DNA of 64,000 bases from the human T2T-CHM13v2.0 reference genome, Homo sapiens. How positions within the stretch are numbered: position 1 is the stretch's first letter; every line of letters begins with the position of its first letter. Positions 12,767 through 25,663 of the stretch are shown here, piece by piece. The notes under the pieces are model-generated. The model made no database searches. It saw only the letters and a list, made by a program, of their open reading frames with translations, and was not told where the DNA came from. Position numbers and translations under genes: made by a program. The DNA lies in NCBI RefSeq assembly GCF_009914755.1, contig NC_060939.1; one strand, written 5' to 3'.

Positions 12767-14129
12767 TGATGGAACAGGAATTCTATTGTGAATATCTGGA
12801 GATACAGAGATAGAATAGGATTGTGGGATGGAAAAATGAAATGAAGTGAGGGACAAGTATTTTCCTGAGATAATTGGGTAGGGAAAGCGAAGACAGACAG
12901 GTTGGGTAGAAGTGAAAGAACTTTTCTAATGGGGAAAGACAGAAGGAAAAACAGAAGTTGCTTTACCTTTCTGATCTCTCTGAGGAGAAAGTGGGTTGGA
13001 TTAGAAAGTCCAGCTGCCACTGCTTGGAACCATTGAACCTTACAATATACACGCTTCCAGAAACAAACCAGGGATTGAAGGGCAGGGGAGATAAAGGAGA
13101 AAGAAGCAAGATAATACATGTAGCAGTACAGCTAAGTACCGGGTGATACAATGTAAGCTGTATATGGGTACAGTGATATGTAGTGAAAGTTTAAAAACAA
13201 TGACAGTATAGAAGCATGCTGTTGTCAGATGGGGTTATTAGGAAGGCAAGATAGGAATATGATAGGGGTATTGGCCAAAGTAATTAACTGAGTGTGTCTA
13301 ATGCTCTGTGTGGGTGGATGGAAGTGTGTTTATGTATTTTAAAAGGATCTGAGACAAATATATCAAATATTAACATAGGTTATATCTATAAGATGGGCAC
13401 ATGGGTGCCTATTATAAATCCTGTATACTCTTACATTTTAAAGTTATTTGTAGGGTAAAAGTATAATAAAGGCGTTGTTTATGATCTACAAGAATATTAA
13501 TAATAGTGTTATAGATTTGATTATCAACTCTGCAAAGACTTCCCTTTCTAATGTAAATTTCTTAAGCCCACTTTGCCTCAGATGCTAAAGTTATTAGGAA
13601 ACAACATGTCCAACTTATTTTATAACTACGAAATTTTTAAACATCTTGGGCGTGAACATTAAAATGAATTTTCATGTTAATTTGGGCCACCTTTGAGCTG
13701 GGTGAATGTAGATTATACAGAAATCACTTGATTAATCTCTACTCTAATGAACCTATTTCTAGACAATGATAAAGAATATTGATCCTCTGTAATCCATTGC
13801 TCTAGGATGCTTTGATTCTCCAGGACAGGCATTTCCATTGCAGGTGGATAGATAGGCAGAGTAGGCTTGTGTTCCTAGGAGAAACCAGAGGGAGAAGAAG
13901 CTTGGAAAAATCCATTAGGTATAGTTTATGACTTGAATGAAACTTAACTGCTTCTACACCATGTCACATTGCAGATCCATAAGGATTACATGTGTGGTTT
14001 TCCATATTTGAAGATGATACAGACCCGGAAGCAGAGAAGCCCCTGACTTGTATTTTTATGACAGTGGAAATTCCCTATGTTCAGTTTCTTTGCCTTCTTC
14101 CCCTTGCAAAAAATATGCTTTTTCCAACA

Positions 14130-14470
14130 AATAATCATTGTGCTCCTAATAAGTGCAACCATGACAGTCACTGGAGACACAGAGCTATGCTAGACCCAGA
14201 TATGTTTGTTAAGGCCCTCACAGTCTAGTGAGGAAAGGAAGCAAGTCAACAGACAACTACAATCCCAACTGACAGGCTCTGCTATGAGACATTTAGTGTA
14301 TTATAGCGAGGGCAGGAAAGGGCACCCACTTTGCAGCTGGTGTTTCAGAAGACACATCGTGGAGAAAGGAGCATTTGCAGAGGAGCAGCCATTGCTAAGT
14401 GAAACAGATGGGGAACACATTCCACATGGTAGGGACAGCATTTACGATTCCCTGGAGCTTTAAGGGGGAG
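14130..14470 (-). mobile_element. L2 relic
   Basis: gccctcacagtctagtgaggaaaggaagcaagtcaacagacaactacaatcc...gggaacacattccacatggtagggacagca. Confidence 0.65.
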
Positions 14471-14864
14471 AGACGTGACAAAAAAATTCCAAGTACAGGC
14501 GAAAGTCTCAGTGTTCTGTTGAAGTATCTTGAGGTGAAGAATGACTAGACTTCGGCTTTTTTTTAAAAATTTTTAAAAACATCTCTGTCATGGCAGTGTA
14601 GATGTTATCTTATTGGAGTATGAATCTGAAGAAGAAAGATACCTATGGCTGGGAAATAATTTATAACCAAAGGACAGATAAAACACAACAGGATTATAGG
14701 GACCTGACATGACATATGGTGGTTTCAGTAGACTGAGCTGGAAAAAGTCTCTAGGTGTTGTCTAAAAGAGGGAGAGCTGAGCCTAGTTTAGTCAGCAACT
14801 ATTTTCCTTAAAGTACCTTTAGCTCTCCATCACCCAGACTGGTTGTAATTTCTAATAGTTAATA

Positions 14865-15110
14865 ATAGTAATAATAATCATAACCAATATTTACTGAGTG
14901 TTTACTATGTGCCCTGCATGTTTTTAATAATTCACCTGCATTCACTCAACTCTCACAACAGCCCAGTGAGATAGGTTACAGTGGTGTCCCATTTTACAGA
15001 TAAAGTAGAAGGAGGTTTAGTAATTTGTCCAGGGTCACACAGCCAGCAAATGAGTGGAGCCAAGAGTCAAACCCAAGTGGTGCAGCTCCAGAGTTCATAC
15101 TCTGTCTCCC
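14865..15110 (-). mobile_element. MIR
   Basis: tttactgagtgtttactatgtgcc...ctcacaacagcccagtgagatagg...cccattttacagata...ccagggtcacacagc. Confidence 0.88.
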
Positions 15111-16429
15111 AGGGTGTACCGCCTCCTAGATCAAGACCATTTTATGTTTAATGCAATTTACAATGTCACTCCACTATTTTTTCTTGTAATTTTATACATG
15201 TTATTTAGAATTTGTTTCCTTCCGACCAGACACTGGTCCCTTTATAAAACTACTTATGGTATAAATGGAGGATTTTGTAGGTCTAACCCTATGTCTCAGA
15301 CAAGTTAATAATTGATGTTATCATTAAACTCATTGATAATGAAATTATTCCATTCAACGTTTTTATTTCATCCTAGGCCCATCAATTACAAGAAATACAA
15401 AATTTATATGAAGATAGATGGTCATATAATTTTTTTTCTATTATAAGGGAACAAGTCATAGTGATTTTTATTTCAGTGCCAAGATTCCCTTATTCATCCA
15501 TTTGTCCATTTATTCTTTTGTCATATATTGATTGAGTGTCAACTAAATGCTGGATTATGGTTATGTACTAGAGATACTGTCAAAAAGACACAGTTCTAAC
15601 CCTCAAAAATCTGGTCATTTGGGCCTAATCAAATTTCTGCTGTCCACAATGAAGGAAACAGGGAAACAAGAAATAATTTTTTTGAAAGAATCCCATCTTG
15701 ACAAAATAATCTACACACACACACACACACCCCTCTGCTCTGAGAATTAACAAGACAACCTACAGACGCCATTTCTAAAAATCTGGCTGGCTGGAATAGA
15801 GGGAGGAACTATAGCTCTGACATAAAGATTTAGGGTAATTTAGTAAAATATTAGATTAAAATTTAAGTAGGAAATTTATGTGTTATTAAATAGTAATCAT
15901 GTTTAAGAATTAATGATGAGGTATTCAGTTGTGTTTAATGCTTAATTCTTAGCTATTGCTTAAATAAGTATCAACTTTTAAAAAACATGATTAGCTATAT
16001 AAGTGAAGCTCAGATTTTTGAATCTATTTTTTAAAGAATGCAATACTGCTCAGAGGTGAACCCTGAGAATCTATGGAACTAGATAGCCTAAACTTAACCT
16101 CCGGTCATCACTCTAGTAGCAAATGCAGGCATTCTGATCATGTGTTCATGGCACCAGGGACAGAGACGAATGGGCCTTTGTCTGGTGTCATTATAAATTA
16201 TTCTAAAATAAGTAAAGCCAAGCTAGGGAAAGACAGACTTTTTCCCTCTTTGCTTGTTTGAATTTCACTTTCTCTAAGAACTTCAACATTAAGAAGAACT
16301 TTATTATTAAATTTCTTAAATAATAAATGCTGAGGAGGCATGTTACCCAAAGGATGGATTTAGTTTCAGGAGGTAGCAAATATTTCAGAGGCAAACAGTC
16401 AAAGAATTCTATTCCTTGAACTGAAGGAA

Positions 16430-16650
16430 ATAATATAGCATTTATTGAGCTTCAGTTTTATATTTGTTATCTCATTTGACTTATTTCTTTCAACACTTTC
16501 CCATGGATTTATTAATATTCCTATCTTATAGTAGAGAAAACTGAGATTTGCTTCTGAGGCTTTTTTCTAAGATCACACAGTTCACCAGACTAAGAACAGA
16601 GATTTTAAAAGTCAGATTTTCTGATGCGATGACCAGAACTACTTCCTCTT
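16430..16650 (-). mobile_element. MIR
   Basis: tagcatttattgagc...gagaaaactgagatt...ctaagatcacacag. Confidence 0.6.
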
Positions 16651-17139
16651 CTTGTTGTTCTTACTGGTAGCATTCTGTAAAGCATGCCACCATCTCTCTG
16701 ATAATACAAGACATCACAATCGAGAAGTCAAACAATCTTATGTTCTATTCAAATGTGAAAATTTGCATAACTCAACCTTTTTGGATTTTATTTTCCTTGA
16801 TTAAACCATGAAAACCGTGAGTTGAGTAGAATCAGACAGAGCTACACAGAGATGAAAAAAGGGCCTTCTTAGATTGCTTTCATTTATACAGAAAGAACTC
16901 ATCACTGCAAGGTGTCTGCCCTGATCATGTTGCTTCAAGCCAGCCATATCCTCAATCATTGCTCCACAGTGAATCTAGTCAATGTGGGAACATTGCATTA
17001 CAGCTGATGGGAATAGTCTTAGACCCTGCTGATTTGCTCGCAAATTTTATTCAGTCTAACTTTACACCTTTGGCATTTTTCTCCAATTTAGTTTTACTCC
17101 AAATTTCTGGACACAAACATCTCCATACCCTTCCCATTG

Positions 17140-17224
17140 CATATAACATAGTTTAACATAACATAATATAACGTAATGTAACGTAACATAGCATAACATA
17201 CTCATAACAACACAACATAACATT
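17140..17224 (+). repeat. Degenerate (AACAT)n pentanucleotide repeat
   Basis: aacataacataatataacgtaatgtaacgtaacatagcataacatactcataacaacacaacataacat. Confidence 0.85.
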
Positions 17225-17229
17225 ACTGC

Positions 17230-17760
17230 TATAGCCCGCAAGCATGATCCACCCAGTCTTTGATTCCCCTTCCCACCTTATCTTATACCACCTTCTGCCT
17301 TGTTCACTGTCCTCCAGCTACACTGGTCTCTTATTTTAAATTCTTCAAACATTTTGCATTTGCTCTGGTGTAAGGGTCTTTGTGCTTGCTTTTTATGCTT
17401 GGGATGCCTTTACCCTGACCTTTGCATGCCTCATTTCCTTTAGGCACTTCAAATTTCAGCAACGTAGGGAAGCCTGACCTGACAACCTAGTGATCAACTG
17501 GCTCTTGGCCCACATCAAGTCACTATCTACCACATTGCATTTTCTAGATTTTCTTTATGGGAGTTATAAAAATTAAACCATATGAAATTAACTTTTTAAC
17601 ATGTATAGTCGTTTATTGTTTACTAATTTTCTGCAATGTAAGTTCCAGCAAATCAGGGGCCTCTTATATCATATTAATTGCTGTGCCTTAAGGGCTTACA
17701 GGAATCTCTGAAATATAATAGGTACCCTTTAAAAATAATCTGTAGAATGAGTGAATGTTT
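17230..17760 (+). mobile_element. L2 3' part
   Basis: cactgtcctccagctacactggtctctt...agggtctttgtgcttgct..., ending tgtagaatgagtgaatg. Confidence 0.75.
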
Positions 17761-17799
17761 GAAGAGATTAGATATTTAGAACACAATGTTGTCAGACAC

Positions 17800-18333
17800 T
17801 GTAAAGGGTGTGAGGTTTTTAACCTACTTGCTAGATAACATAGACCCCTGGGTTAGAGACAAAGACAGTTTATTACTCATAACAAAAGCAGTCGCCAAAG
17901 GAGCATATTGCATCAGTTGCCAGTGTCCAATCCTTGGATCCAGTGAGGGCTTGATGGGACCTGTACATGCAATGGGATACATTACAGGAGAGGAACCCAA
18001 GATTAAAGCTGTTGGTGGGCTTCTCATTTTGAGAGGGAGAGAGAGAGAGACAGAGAAAGAGGGAGAGAGAGAGAGAGAGAGAGAGGAAAGGAGAGGGAAG
18101 AGATATTCCATTTTTATTCTGGAATATAAGCAAACATTTCCTGGGAAAAGGAATGAGAGTTCTGTATCTTCATTATCCCAGGCTATCTCTAGGAAGGAAG
18201 ATTTCTCTATGCTTTACTATCCTGGAATGTATCCTTATATAAGTATTCTTAATTTGGCTATAAATGCCTTTGCTCAGAGGACCGAGACCCTGTGTAAACA
18301 TGAGATATTCATAGAAAATGATTTCTCATCACA
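17800..18333 (-). mobile_element. ERVL-class LTR (LTR40-like) containing a (GA)n tract
   Basis: TG...CA ends (tgtaaagggtgtgaggtttttaacctacttgc ... gatttctcatcaca); internal cctgggttagagacaaagacagtttattactca includes a minus-strand AATAAA. Confidence 0.6.
18030..18102 (+). repeat. (GA)n purine-rich microsatellite
   Basis: gagagggagagagagagagacagagaaagagggagagagagagagagagagaggaaaggagagggaag. Confidence 0.9.
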
Positions 18334-19149
18334 CAGTTTCCATGTCATTGACTAAGGACTCTGAGTTGTATTTACTTTTACCTTCTGCAAGTAATCTTGT
18401 CCAAGAACTCTGGAAACCTTTCCATTGTCCAGTTTGACTGATGCCCTGGCCTGGCCACCTGCAGGAGAGCTTAGACCCAAGGTATCTGAGTCCAAGGACA
18501 CTTGTTCATTCACCATCCCCATCGACATTGGTAGCATTTGCTGTTAATGGTGACTTTCCTTGGACTTTACTAGCAGGTGGAGTAATACAGCTCAAGTTAA
18601 ATAATACTCTTCCAGTAGCAGAAGTTTGAAATGCAAGGCTCATTTAGAGACATGTTTGGGATGAGTATATTTTCCTCCACCTCATCTCATTGCCTCCCTT
18701 TTAAAGTCACAAATGCAAATCTGGGGAGAGCTTCCGAGAAAGGCAGATTGAAAGGCTTAAAGATGACTGGGTTCTAGTGCATATCCCAGAACAAAGGACC
18801 AGTTATATACCAAGCATTAAGAAGATTCCGCTGGGCTCCTCAACCCAATTTAAAGGCTCTTACTTTAATCCTTTAATACTGTATATTGACTCCTTACCTC
18901 TGCAATAGGATGAAAATATTCTGCCCAGGTTGTTCCTTTTCAATAGTCCCTATTGGTTTTCTTGTTCTTCTTTATTTCTTATTTCCTTTATAAATGAAAA
19001 ACTAAACAAAACTAAACAAACAAAAGCATAGACAGATAATCTACATGTATCTGGCGCTATAGTTAGTTTATAGAGATGAATAAGACTGGGTCCTGCTCTC
19101 ATGAAGCTCACTATCTAGTGGAACAGATACATAAATAACTATCACAGTG

Positions 19150-19379
19150 CAGTGGTCCCTCCATGGGGTTGATTTTGCATCCCCGCACAGGAGACATTTG
19201 GCAATGTCTGGACACGGTTTTTTTATCTTCATGACTGGGAAGGTAGGGTTGGTTACTAAGAACATCTACTGTGTAGAAGCTACAGCTGCTGCTAAACACC
19301 TTAGAATTCACAAGCCAGTTTCCTACAACAGAATTATTTGGTCCAAAATGTCAGTAGTGCTAAGATTTAGAAACCCTAC
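19150..19379 (+). mobile_element. MER20 (hAT-Charlie), inserted in an L2 relic
   Basis: cagtggt...ggagacatttggcaatgtctggacac...gctgctaaacacctt...gaattatttggtccaaaatgtcagtagtgctaagatttagaaacccta; L2-like sequence on both sides (about 19040-19620). Confidence 0.85.
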
Positions 19380-19739
19380 AATAGGGTAACCAAGCTGAAC
19401 CAGAAATTAAGAAAGACACCGCAATTGCACGATGGAGGATTGAGTGTCTCACCGAAGGATGGCAGAGTTGGTCAGAGGAGACGTACCTGAAGAGGTGAGT
19501 TTTGAGCTGAACTTTAAAGGACAATTAGGAGTTTTCCAAGTAGATGTAGAGGGTATCGTAGGAGCAAGCTCCCTCACGGGCTGGGGCATGGAGCATTGAT
19601 TTCCTGCTAGAGAACTTTGTGTTCCCCAAGGCTACTGAAGACCACAGAGGAGTAGTACACAGGAAGCAACTAGGATTACACAGAATAATAACAACCTACC
19701 TTGTTCAGACATCTACTCTGTGCTAAGGGCAGGGAGGCC

Positions 19740-20103
19740 AGTCCTTCTCAAACCTGGGCACACAGCTAGATTACCTATCTCAGCTACACTCATAGTTAGA
19801 TGTGGCCATGTGACTGAGTGCAGTCCTGGACTATTGGCAGGATTGAGGTGTCCACTTCCAGGCCTCACTCGTAAAGGCATCCAATGTGTGGTCCTTGCTC
19901 TCTTTCCTCAGCCACAGTCTAGAGGAACTCTAAGGCCCTGAGGAGGGAGGTGTCAAAGATGGAAGGAAGTTGGTCCCTGAATCACTGCATAAAAGATTAC
20001 GCACCGGACTTGACTAGAGCAGAGACTAAGTTGTTATGACATTAAGCTACTGAGATTTCAGGGTTTATCTCTTATAGTAGAAAGTGCTACTATAATTAAT
20101 CTA
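19740..20103 (+). mobile_element. MLT1 (I/J-like) MaLR LTR
   Basis: agttagatgtggccatgtgactgagt...agatggaaggaagttggtccctgaatcactgcat...ttaagctactgagatttcagggttt. Confidence 0.75.
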
Positions 20104-20104
20104 A

Positions 20105-20270
20105 GTATAAATAGTGCTAGGTACTTTAGCTACATTATCCCTAATCCTTTTGATAATCTTGCAATACAGATGTTATTCTACATATTTTAAACATAAGGAA
20201 AAAGGGTTCAAAGTAGTTAAGTGACAAAAGCTATTAAGTGGAGTGAATCAGGGATCAAATGCTTGCTCTT
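20105..20270 (-). mobile_element. MIR
   Basis: gtgctaggtacttt...ttttaaacataaggaaaaagggttcaaagtagttaagtgac. Confidence 0.6.
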
Positions 20271-20951
20271 TCCAATGCGCTTAATGGTATGTGCTTTCTC
20301 TTTACAAGAGCTAGTTTTGAATGACTCTGGATAACTTTTTGGAGGGAGAGCTTTCCTATACAGACTTGCATTCTTCTGTATTTCTTCTGGTTTGGTATGG
20401 GGGAAAGATTACCCCTAACCCCCGTATTTCCATGCCTGGTTTAGTATACCAATGCAGTACTCTCATCGCCTAAAATTTTTGGTCCACTGGTAACATGTTC
20501 GGTAAATAGAAACTGCACTTGCGTAAGTGGTACATTGCTTGTCAGACATTCAGGGATGGATAAAAAAAAAGAAAAAGCTTTCACAAATGTAGTTGTCTTT
20601 CTCCTTAATTATTTTTTTCTCCAATGAACTGGAAAGGTACATGAAACAAAGGACCATTCTGCCTCTCTTAGCTGCTGGAAGCCATGTTTTATTTCCCAGT
20701 TAGAGAGCCTATTGGCCCCTAAGGCTGCTGGATGGGGAAGTTGCCAGTAGGCAGGCAGAGTCATTAAGGGAAATGGGTGTTTACATATAGCAGCCCTGGG
20801 AGATACGGAAGTTCTTGTGTGGATAGAAATGAAGTAAGGGCCTGAGAGGGGCAGAATGTACATATTTGATGGGGCACTTATGAAAAACAAGTGGAAGAAC
20901 AGTGTGGCTGGATCTGAGAGTGGAAGTATAAGACATGAGGCCGGGAGGTCA

Positions 20952-21220
20952 CTGTAGTGGTCTCAGGCTTTCAGTCTGCCCAGCATCTCCTTCAGCATCT
21001 CCTTGGGAAACCACCTCTCCTCTATTATTAGTCTTTGAAATTAAATTGGGGTTGAGCACCTTCTACTTCCTGGTTTGGGAACCTGACCCAGACTTGGCCC
21101 ATCACTTGATTTAGTCCTCATTACCCTCTGCTGATCCCAGCCACAGTAGCTGTTATAGAAATGAGCATATTACCCAAGCAGCACCAGTATAAATAATCTC
21201 TAAGATGTTTCTGTGTGGGA
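20952..21220 (+). mobile_element. Old MLT1 (K/L-like) LTR fragment
   Basis: tgtagtgg...ctgcccagcatc...gggaaaccacctctcc...tgacccagacttggcccatca. Confidence 0.5.
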
Positions 21221-21239
21221 AACCTATAAGAATAACAAA

Positions 21240-21820
21240 TTTGGAGGTGAAGTCAAGATCATCAGTTTACATTTTATTTGTGGTGTCTTTGTCACATTCA
21301 TATAGAAATTTCAATTAGGCAGCTGGAAAGTTGAGTCTAGGTTTCAGAGAAGAGCTCTGGACAGGAGAGAAACATTGGTAAATCATCTGTTCCTTGGTGG
21401 TAATTCATAAGCACACATGAGATCACAGAGTCAAAGGTTAAGAGTGAGCAGAGAAGAGGGCCTGTGGCTGGGCCTGGGATAATGCCAATATTTAATGGCC
21501 AAATAGGAAATAAGGGGTCTGAAAATGAAGACACAGAATGGATAATCATAAAGGTAGGAGGAAATCAAGGAGGTCATTTTGTCAACTAAGGCAGAAAGAA
21601 AATGTTTGAAGATGTTGTAATCAGCAATCCTGATAGCTGCTGATACGTACAATAAGCTGAGAACAGAGAAATACTTTGAAATTGAGCAACATGCATGCTA
21701 TTGCTGACCTTTGGAGCTGTTTCAGTAGTGTGATCACAGCAAAAGCCAGAGGGAATGGGTTAAGGAGTGACTGAAGAGAGAGGAAATGGAGATAAGTTAT
21801 CATAAACAACCCTTCCAAAC
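21240..21820 (-). mobile_element. L2 relic
   Basis: aggcagctggaaagttgagtctaggtttcagagaagag...tgacctttggagctgtttcagtagtgtga...gggttaaggagtgactgaagagagaggaaatggaga. Confidence 0.8.
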
Positions 21821-22275
21821 CAGTGAACCCTTAACGTGCAAAACTGAGCCACTGGCAGCTGGAAGCCTGCATGACAAACTGTGGTTTGGGGTTAGATTTA
21901 CCTGGATTTTTCGGAATCAAGGGTGCACTTATGGGCCTTGATTCTTGATTCTTGGCTTTTTGTCCATGGTTCAGTTCTGTTCAACCAACATTATTGAGTA
22001 TATACATTGTGTTAGGCCCTGAGTTGTAGGGAAGAACAGAATTTGGTTCTTGGCTTTGAGAAACGAACTATCCAGGTGGGGAAAAAGACTTGCAAAAAGA
22101 ATATTTGAATTCAACATGGTAATGCAGTGATGGGGTACGGAGGAGGCACTCCTGAGTGGAAGAGGTGTGATAGCTGAACCAAGCCTCGAAGGATATGTAG
22201 GGTTTAAGTTTCTCTCTCCGGAAATCTAACTCTTCCACATATGGAGCCAACCCATAGAAAGTGGATGTCAATACA

Positions 22276-22515
22276 TACGTATACATGTGCCATGTTGGTG
22301 TGCTGCACCCATTAACTAGTCATTTAACATTAGGTATATCTCCTAATGCTATCCCTCCCCCCTCCCCCCACCCCACAACAGGCCCTGGTGTGTGATGTTC
22401 CCCTTACTGTGTCCATGTGTTCTCATTGTTCAATTCCCACCTATGAGTGAGAACATGTGGTGTTTGGTTTTTTGTTGAACATGTACCCTAAAACTTAAAG
22501 TATAATAATAAAAAA
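22276..22515 (+). mobile_element. Mini 5'-inverted L1PA (about L1PA4) with perfect 20-bp TSD
   Basis: Antisense 3'UTR 22276-~22475, then sense acatgtaccctaaaacttaaagtataataataaaaaa; TSD agaaagtggatgtcaataca at 22256-22275 and 22516-22535. Confidence 0.96.
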
Positions 22516-23279
22516 AGAAAGTGGATGTCAATACAATTAGCCTTCATGCACTCAGTGGAATAAATGTGCAGAGAAGCAGAAGCCTGTTTCTTTAGACCCC
22601 TGATGCTGTCCACCTACCACTAGTTGGCTCTGTATCCACTGAAAAAGAAAAAAGCAGAGCAGCTAGGTGTGTATGGAAAAGAATCTCTCCTAGATTTCTT
22701 ATCTCCATGGGGTTTCAGAATGAAATATACCAGCTCCACAGGAAAGCCTCTGACAGATGGGAACCTATTTAACAAGCCATGGGAAATGAATAGGCTGGCT
22801 CTGAGAGGGATAGCACAGCCATATAAATCTATTCTCAGGGATGTGGGTGTCGGCAAGCCCCAATGACCCACATTCAGAAGTATTTGTCTATTAATTAGGG
22901 CAGGTGGTTCCATCCCAGAAGGCTTTGCCTAGCAACAGTAACCAAGACCATCTGCAACTTCAGTCCTGTGAGAGAGCTTCAAGTGGGAGAAATTAGAGTG
23001 ATGTGCACAGTAGCAAGAGAAGACCGGGAACCTGAGCCCGATGCTGTATTGTGCCCCTGTTTTTCCCTCACTGAAATCAGGAGTTTCTGACAGATCAACA
23101 CAGTCCTTAAAATAAAATCTTTCTCCCCTCACTAATTTAAAAATCTGTATGGCTTTTACATCTGGCATATAATTACAATAGTGGATGATTTCAAATAAGA
23201 ATATTAAACAATGTTTAAGAGTTATTGCAAGATGGTTGGGACATAGAAAAAGGACAATGGAGTCTTTAATACATACTTT

Positions 23280-24230
23280 TGTTTTATTCAATTTATTCGT
23301 TGAGCAAATGTTTATTTAGAATTTTTCACATATTGGGGGCACAATATTGAATGAAACAGAGTATCTGACTTCAAAAACTTAAAATCTATGGGAATAAATC
23401 AATAAAGTAATTTCAGTGCAATGAGATAATTACTGCAACAGGTAGCTCTCAGGGCAGGAAGCTCTAAGTACAGGGAGCTCCTGGAAGACAGAAGCAGCCC
23501 TATCATTGAGGGCTAGTGGAAAGTTAAGAATGGGAGGTACAGTATGAGAAAAATTAAGATTTATATTGAGGAAAACAAAGTATGGTGTTCTGAGAAGTGC
23601 TACAATATGTATCAAGGCCAGGAGACACAAGCAGGGCATATTTCTTGAATGAATAGTTCACTGTGGCTTGGGACTTAGAGGGCTGGGATAGAAGTATAAG
23701 AAATGAAGTGGAGAGGAAGAGAGGTAAGGAGCGGCTATGACATTAAGAGTCTAAAATGCCATGCTAAGGAGTGAGGATGTTGCCCTTTAAGTCACCATAG
23801 AAAAGTTTTAACTGGAAAGGAAGCAAACTCATGTTTGTACTTTGGGAAATGTTCATTTGTTTATTCATATCCCAAAAAATACACAGACAACCCCTGCTCT
23901 ATGGCAGACATTGCTTTGGGAACACAGTGGTGTTCAAAACAGGCATGATTCCTGCCCTTGCAGCACTTGTAAGACAGATGTTAAACAAATGATTTGAAGG
24001 GTCAGTGGGATATCAATGTGGAACATGAACAGAAAGAGGCTAGAGACAGGGAGGTGACTTAAAGGCCTGTGGCGATAAACCAGACAGAAAGTGATGGTGG
24101 CTCAATCCAAGGCAGATAGCAGGGTTGGGAGTAATAGATTAATTCCAGATGTGGTATAGAGTGAGAAACCCTGGGACACTATGACTGAATATATGAAGAA
24201 AAATGCAAAAGGCAATTGGGATCTCCTGGT
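23280..24230 (-). mobile_element. L2 relics (fragmented, probably more than one copy)
   Basis: ttattcaatttattcgttgagcaaatgtttatttag...aatgccatgctaaggagtgagg...ggcatgattcctgcccttgcag. Confidence 0.65.
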
Positions 24231-24619
24231 GACCATACACTTCTCTTGATGAAATAGCATGCTCAGGATTAGTTCGCTCCATGAAGAAAAAGGAAACTGC
24301 TCAAATTTTGCAAATCTATTGGTGCATCTTAGAGTTAAATCCTGTGGTGGTGAGAGATGACATAGAAATTCAGGCAGCCTTGATATTTGAAAAGAGCTGT
24401 CAATATCTCATACTCTCTGAAGAAGATCACTTGGCATGGCTAGTTTCTGGGTGGCTAACATGAAAAAGACTTAGTACAGGTTAAGATTCAAAAGTCTATT
24501 TAAAATTTATACTTGGACCTTTTCTTCAGCCAGAGCTCATGCAGTGGTAAATACTTACATTTTTAACTCATGCCAGAAGATTTTTTCCAAGCTATTACTA
24601 TATTTTATATTAAAATTGT

Positions 24620-25598
24620 TTACATTTTATTTATAAACATTTCAAACACATAAAAACATTTAGAAAATATTATGACAGACACCTATGTACTCAGCAATCA
24701 CCAATCTTAAGTAATTTTTATTTAAGCTGTTAAAATACAATTAAATCACCATTTCCATTTCATCATCCTTAACATCTTAGAGAAAAGAATCACTGTGAAG
24801 TTGATAAATAGCATCCTATATACTTCTTTTTCTACCTTTGCTAGACGTAAGTGGGTCCACAAACAACACATAGTTTCTTTAGCAATCCAACCTAAATTGT
24901 AGCTGACAATCTGGTCTCTGATGATTGTTCAGTGGTCATCAATCATTTTCCACCTCCTCTTGTTCACTCAACATGTTGCGCTTGAGATTTTCAGGTTGAT
25001 AAAAGTGAACTCAGTTTATTCATTCTAATGGCTGTATATGCTCATTGCATAGATGATCACAGTTTACAGATCCATTTTCTTTACTGAGAGACAGTACCTT
25101 TCTGTCCTTTGCCTTGTATAAAAGTTCTCTATGTCAGCAATTGAGAAGCAGAATTGCTGAGCTACTTCCTCATCGTAACTTGGTGATATCCATGTAGTTG
25201 CCCTTTGACAATCTGGAAGTGATATAATCTCATGGTTGCTTTTACCTTCATTTTCTGATTAGTGAGGTTGAGCTCAACCCCTCATATTTTATTTATTTGT
25301 GTTTCTTCCACTGTGAGTCACTTATTAATATGCTTTGTCCATTTTTTCTATTCGTTGCTTCTCTTTCTGTTCTTTTTTTTCTTATTGATTTGTAGAAGTT
25401 CATTCTGTATCTTGAGAACTTAGGCCTTTGTTCCAGGGATTGTAATATTTTCATCCAGTTTGTGACTTGTCTTTTCATTTTTGTGGTTTTTTTTTATTTA
25501 TGGAAAAAAGATTTTTGCTGTTGTTTTGTTTTGCTTTTATTTGAATGGATAGCATTCCTGATTCATATTTTATTCTCTGTGAATCAATGGCTTAGAAT

Positions 25599-25663
<65 letters not shown>

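Noticed and set aside
17786-18355. Longest ORF in the window (189 aa)
   Set aside because: Non-ATG-context reading through an LTR relic and a stop-free (GA)n tract; no recognisable domain or codon pattern.
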